Notes under the pieces: generated by a model | Database searches by the model: none | What the model was told of the DNA's origin: nothing | The model's input: only the letters and a program-made list of their open reading frames with translations | Translations under genes and position numbers: made by a program | Shown: positions 1 to 9,478 of the stretch, piece after piece | Layout of the letters: every line of letters starts with the position of its first letter | How positions within the stretch are numbered: the stretch's first letter is position 1 | Source of the DNA: Synergistales bacterium | GTDB lineage: Bacteria; Synergistota; Synergistia; Synergistales; JAFGMB01 | Direction: 5' to 3' | Assembly (NCBI GenBank): GCA_963666205.1 | Contig: OY762654.1 | Coordinates: 2,720,001-2,784,000 of the forward strand | DNA: 64,000 nt

Positions 1-111
1 CGCCATCGCAAGATCTTCCTCGTTGCGGATATTAATGGAGGGATAGATCTTTATCTTTCCCTTGGATCTCCGATGCATTTCCAGAGCTTTTAACCTGTCC
101 ACTGTCATTAG

Positions 112-1002
112 TCATCTTCTCCCTTCAGGTTTATATCTTTTCCCTCTATGGATAACCATTTTCTGTATTCTTTCAATTATTTTGCGGTCATTGTTATTTC
201 CAGGTAAAACGACGTTGCTCTTATCAAGATCCACCACCATTCCATCTCTTGCGGCAATAACTCTGGTTAGTGGAGTACATAGCGCTTTTGTCAAGTTATC
301 TGGTCCTGCCTCCAGAATGGATGTACCCATGTGGTTTATGAGCATTAATTCCGGATTCAGCTTCCTGAGTATATATGGTACTTCTTCGATTGACAGATGG
401 TCTATCCTTTCGATTCTTTTCAGAAGGGTTATATTGGCGATAAGGATCCTGCTCCTGGAAAAGTGTTCCAGCCAATTATCCTCAAGTCTGGTATCTGAAA
501 TTAAACCTATTACAGGTGTTGTTTCGCTTTCAAGTTCAAATCCAAAGCATTCAACACCGTGGTGAATAAGCCTTTTACCCCTGATCCTTATATGATCATC
601 CAGGTCAATATCTTTGTTTTCCTGCCATGTATAGAGCCTTTCAATGTGTTTCCGGAGATGTTCCAGAAGAATGGAACTGCCTTCTGTAAGGCTGTCTTCT
701 GGTATTACAATGGTTCCCCGCCTGGTCCTTCCCCCGAAGGTCATTGATTCAACCAGGACATTGAGGTCGTTGCTGTGGTCTATATGACGATGTGTCAGGA
801 TAATAGCATCTATCTTTGTTGGATCAAGGTCAGGTAACATTTCACATATTTTTACCAGAGCCCCGGGACCTGGGTCGATTACCAGATTTTTTTTGTTTAT
901 CCTTATCCACATACCACCTGAAGCTCTCATCTGATACATCATCGAAAACCTGGCTCCGGATGTTCCAAGGAATAGAAGGAAGTTTTCAGGTAATGAATTC
1001 AA
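112..1002 (-). CDS. MBL-fold metallo-hydrolase
   Basis: FLGTSG start, DPGPG, THRHIDHSND (HxHxDH) motif. Confidence 0.9.
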   Translation of the reverse strand: MNSLPENFLLFLGTSGARFSMMYQMRASGGMWIRINKKNLVIDPGPGALVKICEMLPDLDPTKIDAIILTHRHIDHSNDLNVLVESMTFGGRTRRGTIVIPEDSLTEGSSILLEHLRKHIERLYTWQENKDIDLDDHIRIRGKRLIHHGVECFGFELESETTPVIGLISDTRLEDNWLEHFSRSRILIANITLLKRIERIDHLSIEEVPYILRKLNPELMLINHMGTSILEAGPDNLTKALCTPLTRVIAARDGMVVDLDKSNVVLPGNNNDRKIIERIQKMVIHRGKRYKPEGRR

Positions 1003-1008
1003 ATATTC

Positions 1009-1593
1009 TTACTCCGTTTCCTTGAATAAAGGCAGAAGCTCCTTGAACTGTGGGGTACCTGCCCTGCAGATCAACTGATAAATGACTGATTCTGACGGAA
1101 TTATCATAGCACCATATCGGCCCATGGTATCCATGGCATAATTATGATTCTGACATACCCTGCTTCCACATGCATCAACAGCCACTATAACCTTAATCTT
1201 TTTCTCAAGCATTGCCATCACAGTAGAAAACACACATATGTGACTCTCAATGCCGAATACAACGACCTGTTCTCTGGTCTGATCATTCAGGAATAACTCA
1301 AAACCCGCTTCGGCCATGCAGGAAAAGTGAGTTTTTTCGAACCTTTCCGAATCAGGGGGAAGTACCTTAAGCAGATCCTCTGAAGTCCCCCCCAGTCCGC
1401 GGGGATATTGTTCTGTATATTTCAATGGAACATTCAGAGTCGTAGCTGCTCTTGCGAGTTTAACGCTGTTTCGGAGGACCTTGTCATGATCGTTTATAGC
1501 CGGTAAAAGTTTTTCCTGTATATCGATCATAAGAAACTGGACCTTATCTGTATTTAGCGTAAAAGGTGTCATTAGAATTATCTCTCCTTCCAT
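1009..1593 (-). CDS. Isochorismatase-family hydrolase
   Basis: IDIQEKL, TEQYPRGLG, KTHFSC, GIESHICV motifs. Confidence 0.9.
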   Translation of the reverse strand: MEGEIILMTPFTLNTDKVQFLMIDIQEKLLPAINDHDKVLRNSVKLARAATTLNVPLKYTEQYPRGLGGTSEDLLKVLPPDSERFEKTHFSCMAEAGFELFLNDQTREQVVVFGIESHICVFSTVMAMLEKKIKVIVAVDACGSRVCQNHNYAMDTMGRYGAMIIPSESVIYQLICRAGTPQFKELLPLFKETE

Positions 1594-1776
1594 AAGAACC
1601 TTTCATGATCAATGACTCCATGGCTTATGACTTACTGCATTTTATAACACATACGGGGGATCATAACCATAGTACTTTCTGTTCTACGCATTTTTCCTGT
1701 GTTGCATTTCCATGTCTTTGTGCTATGCTTGCAAAAATCGGACAAAATGCCTTTTACAGGAGGGGGTTTGGAAAGT

Positions 1777-2403
1777 ATGCATTCCCGTCATGATAAAGAT
1801 AAGGAATGGACTATTGGAGAAATACTTCGGGAAATGTCTACCCCAAGGTTTCCCCATTTTATTACCAGGGTGATAGACCAGGTTCAGAACTGGATGTCTG
1901 AGCTTATATATGAAGACAGGGATGAGACTGAAAGAGACCTTTATTCAATGATGGATGGTTCCGTTCCTGGCGATCCTGAAAAACTCATAAGAGAACTGGA
2001 ATGGGTAGAGGACTTTGCCGACCTCTTTCCCGGGACCTCTCAACCTTCGGGTCAAAAGGATATGATAGTTCTTTGTCTGGGTCCTGCTGATTTTGATGAT
2101 GGCATGAGGATAGCCGTTGATCATTCGGCCCTTTTCGCAAGGGGATTGTGTAAACGGGTCTGGATCCTTTGTGATAACTGGATAATGGGAGAAGTCATAA
2201 GATACCTGCAGCATATCAGGGCTCTGAACAGCGAAGGAGTCACTTTCCATTTCATACTGGTGACTCCCTGGGGATGGTCAGAGGTACCGATAAGTCATGA
2301 TCCAGTTGCCGGTAGAAAACTTGACTGGAAAAATCCAAGGAAGGGTTCTTCCAGCAAACCTAATGCACCCCTGGAAGATGAAGGAAACAGTAATATAAGG
2401 TAA
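1777..2403 (+). CDS. Hypothetical protein (start could be TTG 1768)
   Basis: Long ORF with AGGAGG RBS at ~1758; family not recognised. Confidence 0.7.
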   Translation: MHSRHDKDKEWTIGEILREMSTPRFPHFITRVIDQVQNWMSELIYEDRDETERDLYSMMDGSVPGDPEKLIRELEWVEDFADLFPGTSQPSGQKDMIVLCLGPADFDDGMRIAVDHSALFARGLCKRVWILCDNWIMGEVIRYLQHIRALNSEGVTFHFILVTPWGWSEVPISHDPVAGRKLDWKNPRKGSSSKPNAPLEDEGNSNIR

Positions 2404-2473
2404 GATAGTTTAATTTCAGGATCCGAAACGAAGGATATTGTATCAATCATCAATGAAGGATGTATTTTAATGT

Positions 2474-2502
2474 TTGACGCAGACTTGTCGGAATGATACA
2501 AT
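2474..2502 (+). promoter_or_regulatory. Sigma70 promoter for tRNA-Pro
   Basis: TTGACG-17 nt-TACAAT with TG extended -10, ending 9 nt before the tRNA. Confidence 0.8.
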
Positions 2503-2511
2503 TCCGCCGTT

Positions 2512-2589
<78 letters not shown>

Positions 2590-2600
2590 ATTATGGAACG

Positions 2601-2635
2601 AAATCCTGGCGTTTTCTGCCAGGATTTTTCTTTTT
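2601..2635 (+). terminator. Rho-independent terminator
   Basis: AAATCCTGGC/GCCAGGATTT hairpin plus T tract. Confidence 0.75.
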
Positions 2636-2723
2636 TCCTGACAAAGTTGTAGATGACAGGTCGTTGCAACCTGCCTTGATTAATACTGACTAACCTGTTA
2701 TAATCTGCATCGGAGGAGAATTA

Positions 2724-3179
2724 ATGGATGATCACAAAGTAGCGCAGAATAGAAAAGCCAGACATGATTATTTTATCCTGGATACCTTTGAATGCGGTGT
2801 AGTTCTTACAGGTACTGAAATTAAATCGGTAAGGGCTGGTCGTCTGAATCTCAAGGATGGTTACGCCAGTATCAAGGATGGAGAGCTTTGGCTATTGAAT
2901 GTTCATATTTCTCCTTACGACAAGGCCAGTTTCTACAATCATGAACCTTTACGACCCAGAAAGCTTCTGATGCACCGTTATGAAATAATGAGGTTACTGG
3001 GAAAGGTTAAGGAAAAAGGACTTACTCTGGTTCCGTTGTCGGTTTACATCAAGGGTGGCCGTAGAGCAAAAGTGGAAATAGCCCTTGTTAAAGGTAAGAG
3101 TCAGCATGATAAGCGTGACAGTATCGCTGAACGTGACGCCAAACGTTCAATGGAGCAGGCCTTGAAAAACAGGGATTGA
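2724..3179 (+). CDS. smpB: SsrA-binding protein SmpB
   Basis: NRKARHDY, GTEIKS, RKLLMHR, DKR tail; adjacent to tmRNA. Confidence 0.98.
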   Translation: MDDHKVAQNRKARHDYFILDTFECGVVLTGTEIKSVRAGRLNLKDGYASIKDGELWLLNVHISPYDKASFYNHEPLRPRKLLMHRYEIMRLLGKVKEKGLTLVPLSVYIKGGRRAKVEIALVKGKSQHDKRDSIAERDAKRSMEQALKNRD

Positions 3180-3200
3180 ACAGTTTAAGATAAAACTTAT

Positions 3201-3551
3201 GGGGGCGACTGGTTTCGACGGCAAGTTGGAGGGTATGGAAGAGCGGGTCGAGGTCTCCGTAACCTCGTTAACAAACGGAAAAAAACAATAATTGCCAACA
3301 ATAATTACGCACTGGCTGCCTAGATAGCGGCCACGTCTCAGGGAATTTCGTCGCCGGGTTTCCTGCCGACGTCATAACAGGCGAATGCCTCATCCGGCAA
3401 GCTCCGGTCCGGGTGGGAAAGATCAACGGAGATTGGGGTTGAATATCCTGTTCCTGGGGTATTTGGCTCGACACTAAACAGGAACTACACCCGTAGGGCT
3501 TCCATTACTGGCCCTTGTCGGACCGGGGTTCGATTCCCCGCGCCTCCACCA
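3201..3551 (+). ncRNA. ssrA: tmRNA; tag peptide ANNNYALAA (3294-3323)
   Basis: GGGGGCG...TTCGAC 5' end, GGTTCGATTCC...CGCCTCCACCA 3' end, internal tag ORF ending LAA-stop. Confidence 0.97.
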
Positions 3552-3718
3552 TATGATAACGAGCAGTCAACAGAGAACGTTCTGTTGGCTGCTTTTTTTA
3601 TTGTTTTTAAGCTTTTCAGTATCCGAACATTTAACGCTGAATTCCATAAAATGGTTGGAATTAGTATCCAAATATATCTGTTTCACGGACTTCATCTCCG
3701 AAGGAGTTATATCAATAG
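3531..3718 (+). repeat. Direct repeat copy 1 (tmRNA 3' end, terminator and arm region)
   Basis: About 95% identical to 8319-8507 by manual alignment. Confidence 0.95.
3562..3599 (+). terminator. Terminator after tmRNA (repeated at ~8350-8388)
   Basis: AGCAGTCAACAGA/TCTGTTGGCTGCT hairpin plus T7. Confidence 0.85.
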
Positions 3719-3831
3719 GGCAGGGCAGCGATATTGTCCGGTCTTCTTCTTATGCTAAAGGATTGTATTTATAAAAGTGGGTCTTAGTGCTATGGTAATG
3801 GCAGATGCTTTCATAGAAAGATAATAAAGGA

Positions 3832-4764
3832 GTGGTTCCCATAATTACCATACCGGATTATCAATCTCTATTGTTGCCGTTCTTGAAACACCTTTCCGAT
3901 GGTAAAGAGCATACGAAACAAGAAATGATCGAACTTCTTGCTGCAGATTTTAAACTGACTCCCGCCGAACGTGAGGAACTATTGCCGAGTGGCAGACAAA
4001 GGATTTTTGATAACAGAGTCGGTTGGGCAAGGACATATCTCAAGAAGGCATTGTTGTTACAATCACCTGCCAGAGGCAGCTATACCATCACAGATAGAGG
4101 CAGGCAGGTCTTATCGGAAAACCTAAGCAAGATCGATGTGAATTACTTAAAGCGGTTTCCCGAATTTGTAGCTTTTCAGAATAATTCCAAGAAGAACAAC
4201 AATAAACCTTCCATCAGTAGAGAAGTCCCAAAAACTGAAAACACTCAGACTCCGGAAGAGAACCTGGAGGCATCATACCAGACCTTGCGCCATAATCTTG
4301 CCCAGGAACTGCTTTCAAAGGTCATTGAATGCAGCCCTAGCTTTTTTGAGAATCTTGTGATCGAGCTTCTTTTAAAGATGGGCTATGGAGGTTCACGGAA
4401 GGATGCAGGACAGGCCATCGGTAAAACTGGTGATGGTGGTATAGATGGGATTATAAAGGAAGATCGCCTGGGCCTTGATGTGGTTTATGTACAGGCGAAG
4501 AGATGGGAAGGGACTGTCAGCAGACCTGAAATACAAAAATTTGTGGGCGCACTTCAGGGTAAGAAGGCCAGGAAAGGGATATTCATAACCACTGGATCTT
4601 TTACCTCTCATGCCCGTGATTATGTGAAAGACATACAGAGCAGTCTGGTTCTTATAGATGGAGAAGATCTTTCTTATTATATGATCGACTTCGGGGTGGG
4701 GGTTTCTCCGGTAGCGACCTATCAAATCATGGCAATCGATTCAGACTACTTCATGGATGAATGA
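3832..4764 (+). CDS. mrr: Mrr type IV restriction endonuclease
   Basis: IPDYQ...NRVGWARTYL N-domain; DGGIDG...QAKRW catalytic motif. Confidence 0.93.
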   Translation: MVPIITIPDYQSLLLPFLKHLSDGKEHTKQEMIELLAADFKLTPAEREELLPSGRQRIFDNRVGWARTYLKKALLLQSPARGSYTITDRGRQVLSENLSKIDVNYLKRFPEFVAFQNNSKKNNNKPSISREVPKTENTQTPEENLEASYQTLRHNLAQELLSKVIECSPSFFENLVIELLLKMGYGGSRKDAGQAIGKTGDGGIDGIIKEDRLGLDVVYVQAKRWEGTVSRPEIQKFVGALQGKKARKGIFITTGSFTSHARDYVKDIQSSLVLIDGEDLSYYMIDFGVGVSPVATYQIMAIDSDYFMDE

Positions 4765-4801
4765 TCTCGGACATTGGTAACAGAAAGGAGAGCCTTCCAT
4801 T

Positions 4802-5155
4802 TTGAAGCATATATTTCTTGAAACTCTTGCAAAGGGAAATCGGAAAAAGTCATTCCGTGCCGACATTGGTGAAAAATATATTAAAATTTATACTGGTACA
4901 AAGAACTCATCTGAAAGGTTTGCAAACGACTTGATAGAGGATTGCCTGAATTATTTTGCTCATAAAGACTGGTTCATTCTCGGCAATGCTATTGATGGAG
5001 TAAAACCTGGAGGGCTTGGTGATTATTTCAAGAACACTTTGAAGATGAGTCCGAAGTATGCCAGCCACTTTGCTTCTCTTATGGTTGGGCTTGGCAAACT
5101 CGAATATAGGTACGGATCTTACTGCAGGTTGGAGTTTAGAGTAGCAAAACGGTAA
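4802..5155 (+). CDS. Hypothetical protein
   Basis: ORF with AGGAG RBS, co-oriented in the islet. Confidence 0.7.
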   Translation: MKHIFLETLAKGNRKKSFRADIGEKYIKIYTGTKNSSERFANDLIEDCLNYFAHKDWFILGNAIDGVKPGGLGDYFKNTLKMSPKYASHFASLMVGLGKLEYRYGSYCRLEFRVAKR

Positions 5156-5233
5156 GCTTGTTTTGCTGCTTAGATCTATTTCGAGATTACTTTTATTACT
5201 GAAATTATCAAATATCGTGAAGGGGGGAAATAT

Positions 5234-6241
5234 ATGACACAGCTATTTTTGAACAAGGAAAAAATCGACAGTGTTTTTCAACTCTTGGGGACAAAAGAGG
5301 ATGACATTACATATAGCATAGGTTATGCCCTTTCAAACAGTCTTGAATTTCTAACTTCTTTTGTTCTCAGCATTTACGACAAAGCAATTATAAACGATAG
5401 CCTCAAAATTACACTCCAAAAATCTGAGTCAGGCAATGGTCGCACTGATATTGAAATTGAAGCAGAAAATTTCCATTTTATTCTAGAGGCAAAAAGAGGC
5501 TATTGGTTGCCAGATGTTCAGCAATTATTCCGTTACTCATTAAGATTTCGTAGCAGTCCAAGGAAGCTATGCAAAATAATAGTTCTCACAGAATGTTTTC
5601 CTGATTTTGCAAAAAAAATACTGCCCAAAACGGTAAATAATTATCCAGTTGATTATAGGAGCTGGAGGCAAATATATGAGTTGACACAAAATCTGAAAGC
5701 TGTGAAGAAAAAACAAATCTTTGTATCGGAATTGAAGAAATATTTGGGAGGTATCATAAGCATGCAGAAACAGGAATCAAATCTCGTTTATGTTGTTTCT
5801 TTATCAAAGAATACGTTTGTAAAGGACTTAAGTTTTATTGATGTAGTAAAAGATAAGAATATCTATTTCCATCCTCTAGGAGGGAAAGCTGGTTGGCCCA
5901 CGGAGCCTCCAAATTATATCGGGTTCCGATATAATGGAAAGTTACAAAGTATCCGTCATATTGAGGAATATGCTATTACAGATATCCCTCATATTAAGGA
6001 ATATGCTATTACAGATACACCAGATGATAGAAGCATTTTCTCTAAGAAAATCAATAATAATACAATGAATGATTTACACTATTTATATTGGCTTGGGAAT
6101 CCAATTAAACCTCTCCAGGAAGTTAAGACAGGGAAGATTTGGCCAAGTGGACGTGTATGGGCAAGTCTAGATTTATTGTTGACCAGTCACACCATTTTTG
6201 AGGCAAGAGATAAGACAAAAGTGCGAATGGGCTGGGAATAA
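5234..6241 (+). CDS. PD-(D/E)XK nuclease-like protein with a separate C-terminal domain
   Basis: EDDIT...GRTDIEI...LEAK...QLFRY motif. Confidence 0.75.
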   Translation: MTQLFLNKEKIDSVFQLLGTKEDDITYSIGYALSNSLEFLTSFVLSIYDKAIINDSLKITLQKSESGNGRTDIEIEAENFHFILEAKRGYWLPDVQQLFRYSLRFRSSPRKLCKIIVLTECFPDFAKKILPKTVNNYPVDYRSWRQIYELTQNLKAVKKKQIFVSELKKYLGGIISMQKQESNLVYVVSLSKNTFVKDLSFIDVVKDKNIYFHPLGGKAGWPTEPPNYIGFRYNGKLQSIRHIEEYAITDIPHIKEYAITDTPDDRSIFSKKINNNTMNDLHYLYWLGNPIKPLQEVKTGKIWPSGRVWASLDLLLTSHTIFEARDKTKVRMGWE

Positions 6242-6285
6242 TAAGTTTTGGTGTAAAGAAGCAATCTGTTGGAGGGGGCAATGCT

Positions 6286-7101
6286 ATGAATGGATACAAG
6301 CCTGTATGGGAAATGGTTAAAGAAGCTGTTCAAACATTGGATGGTAGGGCAAGTTACAAACAGATCATGTCTTACATAACCCCCAAATATCCTGGAACTA
6401 AGGAAAATACTATTAGGTGTCAGATAATAGCTTGTACCGTTAATCACCCAAGTAGCGTTTATTATGGAAGTAAAAAAGTCGGCATTTCCAATGGAAGCAA
6501 TAATTTCCTGTTCACAACAGGCAATGGGCAAGTTGAATGGTATGACCCTCAAAAACATGGAGTCTGGGGGGTTATAAAGAATGAAGAGGGAAAACTTAAA
6601 GTTTCTAAAATGGAGACAGATCCAGAAAATATTATCTTTGAAGCCTTTTTTGATCCTTCTCCTTTAATAGAAGAAGAATGCGAGGAAGAAAATGTGAACC
6701 TGGGATTTCCCGTAGAAAGCCATTTGCGGGACTTTATTGCTAAGAATATTGAGTCTCTTCAAGTGGGTAATTCAAGCTTGAGCCTTTTTCTGGATGAAGA
6801 TGAAAGAAGTGGCGTAGAATATCCGACCCAGGTCGGGCCTATCGATATTCTTGCTGTGGATTCTCATGACAATTTTGTGGTTTTTGAACTGAAACTGAGT
6901 AGAGGTCCTGATAGAGCGCTCGGACAACTTGCACGTTATATGGGCTGGGTAAAAAAGAACCTTGCTAATGGTAAAGAGGTTAAAGGCATTATCATTGCCA
7001 GGAATGTGGATGAAAAGCTCAAGTATGCTGCTGAAGTCATGGATAAAGTCGAACTCTATGAGTATGAAATGCAGTTTACAATCAATGGAGTAAGGTTATA
7101 G
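6286..7101 (+). CDS. NucS/DUF91-like endonuclease with an N-terminal putative winged-helix domain
   Basis: ESHLRDF...GPIDILA...FELK...GQLARY motif. Confidence 0.8.
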   Translation: MNGYKPVWEMVKEAVQTLDGRASYKQIMSYITPKYPGTKENTIRCQIIACTVNHPSSVYYGSKKVGISNGSNNFLFTTGNGQVEWYDPQKHGVWGVIKNEEGKLKVSKMETDPENIIFEAFFDPSPLIEEECEEENVNLGFPVESHLRDFIAKNIESLQVGNSSLSLFLDEDERSGVEYPTQVGPIDILAVDSHDNFVVFELKLSRGPDRALGQLARYMGWVKKNLANGKEVKGIIIARNVDEKLKYAAEVMDKVELYEYEMQFTINGVRL

Positions 7102-7637
7102 ATTATTTACGGAGACCAACAAAAAGATCACATCCAAGCTTCGGGAGTTTATTTTATGTAAATATAAATGGAATAATTTATCTAAATTTCTATATGAGAT
7201 CAGACTTGACGGACTGGTTAAGTGCATTGGTTGCATTTTATCGTTGAAGTGAAAAAATTATAGTGTTAATATTTCTTTAGAGAGTGACATTTGTGTACCT
7301 TCCATTATTGAGTGATGAGAGAACCCCATTTTTAGTTTATTGAAGAAGAATTAAAGTCATCTCCAGACTTACCTGCTTAAACGGTTGCCGGTGTGAATTA
7401 ACCCCCGCTGCTAATGGGTTGTGTTAAAAAGTTTTAGGATGAATAACTTTTTGATAATGAAGTATTTGTAGGGATCTGATAGGCGTTTAATCTTCCTTGC
7501 AATTCTATGAATCTAATCTTTATCAAAATAATAAAAAAGAGATTTTATCCCCGACGCGATCGTATTATCTGCAACATATGAGAGTGTTTTTCAATCTCTG
7601 TTAAAAGATTGGCCAAATACATACTTTAGGAGGGAGA

Positions 7638-7979
7638 ATGAAGATGAGCAAAAATGATGAGGGGAAAAACGATTGGGCACCAATAGTGTTGTTGATTCTG
7701 GCTGCTATTGTTGCCTTTTTTTTGGCACCCGGTGTTTTGGTAATGGGGATATCGAAAGAAATAATTGGAGTAAATTTTGACCCAGCTCAGATGTGGACCT
7801 TTGCTTTTGTCGTTTCGCTTTTTATCTTTATTGCCATGAAAGTCATTAGGAAATTCTGGTTGAATGCGTTGAAAAGTTACTTAGCTATATGTGTTCTCAT
7901 CACTTTAGTTATGGTTATATCCCATTTTGGCTTTAAGGCAGAATGGCCAGCCATCATGTTGAATGGATTTTTGAATTAG
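7638..7979 (+). CDS. Small membrane protein (about 3 TM)
   Basis: AGGAGG RBS; hydrophobic helices. Confidence 0.75.
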   Translation: MKMSKNDEGKNDWAPIVLLILAAIVAFFLAPGVLVMGISKEIIGVNFDPAQMWTFAFVVSLFIFIAMKVIRKFWLNALKSYLAICVLITLVMVISHFGFKAEWPAIMLNGFLN

Positions 7980-8207
7980 AAACATTCCGTAACTTTAATG
8001 CATAAAACGCGTGTCTTTCTGTAGTGGCTTGATATGTTAATTCATCTCCAGAGCAAAAGTGGTTAAAACTAGAGCTATTGAGAAAAAGGTTTCTCCACAG
8101 ACTTGGATTTTTATAATTGTTGCCATAAACATAACATTCCACATCTCAATCCCAAATATTTCAATTCTAGAGATTGGAAGTACTAGTCAGGTTCAAATAA
8201 ATGTCAA

Positions 8208-8252
8208 TATCCAGAAAGTATCCATAAATAGTATCCAAACAGTATCCATAAA
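8208..8252 (+). repeat. Clustered (AG)TATCCA repeats, putative integrase arm sites
   Basis: TATCCA 8208, AGTATCCATAA 8217, AGTATCCAAA 8230, AGTATCCATAA 8241. Confidence 0.6.
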
Positions 8253-8318
8253 CTGATGAAACGAAATTTAACAATGTAGTAATTGGAATATGTTGGAGGC
8301 AAGCTGGTGGAGGCGTCA

Positions 8319-8507
8319 CGATTCCCCGCGCCTCCATCATATGATAACGAGCAGTCAACAGAGAACGTTCTGTTGGCTGCTTTTTTTTATTGTTTTTAAG
8401 CTTTTCAGTATACGAACATTTACTGCTGAATTCCATAAAATGGTTGGAATTAGTATCCAAATATATCTGTTTCACGGACTTCATCTCCGAAAGAGTAATA
8501 TCAGTAG
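8319..8507 (+). repeat. Direct repeat copy 2 (att-like tmRNA 3' fragment)
   Basis: CGATTCCCCGCGCCTCCATCA followed by the same downstream sequence as copy 1. Confidence 0.95.
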
Positions 8508-8729
8508 ATTTTAAATCTTATGAGGAAATCACAGGTCAATTAAAATCCTTGATCTAGTCCTGGCAAAAGCTTTCGAGTCCAGAAAATAAAAAATGCCCTG
8601 ATCCGGGGGAGATTCAGGGCACTGTAACGAATTACTCTAGGGGAGGGTGGCTCCCATGAATTATTGTAAAGGAAGAATCATGAATAAAGATGGAATACAA
8701 AATATTCTAAACATTAAGTCTTATTCCCA

Positions 8730-9255
8730 TTAAGATATCCTCGAAGAATGTGACACTCTGAGCCACAGCTTTCTCAGAAATGAACTGAAATTTATGGAAA
8801 TGAGATCCCGGACTAGAGGCAGGGTCTTAGCTGACCCCTGATCCATATCAATGGGGAAGGGGTCTACACCGGGGTATTTCTCCTCCCAGTATCTTTGTAT
8901 TGGCGATAGGTCTAATGCTTTTAATGTATCCTCTGATATTTCCTCCAAAATTCAGAAAGGGACTGATCTCTTTCTCTGCAAATTGAGGTAAATACCCCAA
9001 CTTCAGGGAGTCATGTAATCCATTTGCTAAATATACAGCAATCCTTCCGTGTCTATTGACGGTGGGGTCCTGAACCAGGTGAATCTTATCTCCTTCCATG
9101 CAACAGCATTTGAGGATTTCCTGTCTATCTATACCGTCTTCACTAATAGTTTTTTTAGGGTTAGGAAATGTTAGATGCGGACTTATCTCACTTGTTTTTG
9201 GTGGAAGTATCCGAATATGAAAAGCGCAGTAAAAGGTTTGCTGCTTATAAATCAA
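8730..9255 (-). pseudogene. HIRAN-domain protein, probably degraded or frameshifted
   Basis: DRQEIL..GDKIHLVQDP..IAVY..KLGYLP..ISP pattern; overlapping ORF 8730-8948 may be the shifted C-terminus. Confidence 0.5.
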
Positions 9256-9435
9256 ACCATGTAAGAAAGTGCCAAACCAGGAGTATGTCTGAGGTCAGGG
9301 TGAAAACACTCTCGCAGGAAACAACGATGTTATTGAAATCACATGATAGAAATGGTAAGGAAGAAGCCATTGCAAAATTCCTCTCTCTTTTAAGCATTGC
9401 ACTTATAAATTCTTCATCATGGAGCTATTCACCTG

Positions 9436-9467
9436 AAAGAGACCGGCCAGAATGGCCGGTCTCTTTT
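9436..9467. terminator. Bidirectional terminator
   Basis: AAAGAGACCGGCCA/TGGCCGGTCTCTTTT. Confidence 0.85.
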
Positions 9468-9478
9468 AATAAATTTAT

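Larger units (their letters stand above)
3531..8507. mobile_element. Degenerate islet integrated at ssrA; nuclease cargo, no integrase
   Basis: Bounded by duplicated tmRNA 3' end; AT-rich cargo of restriction-type genes. Confidence 0.8.
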
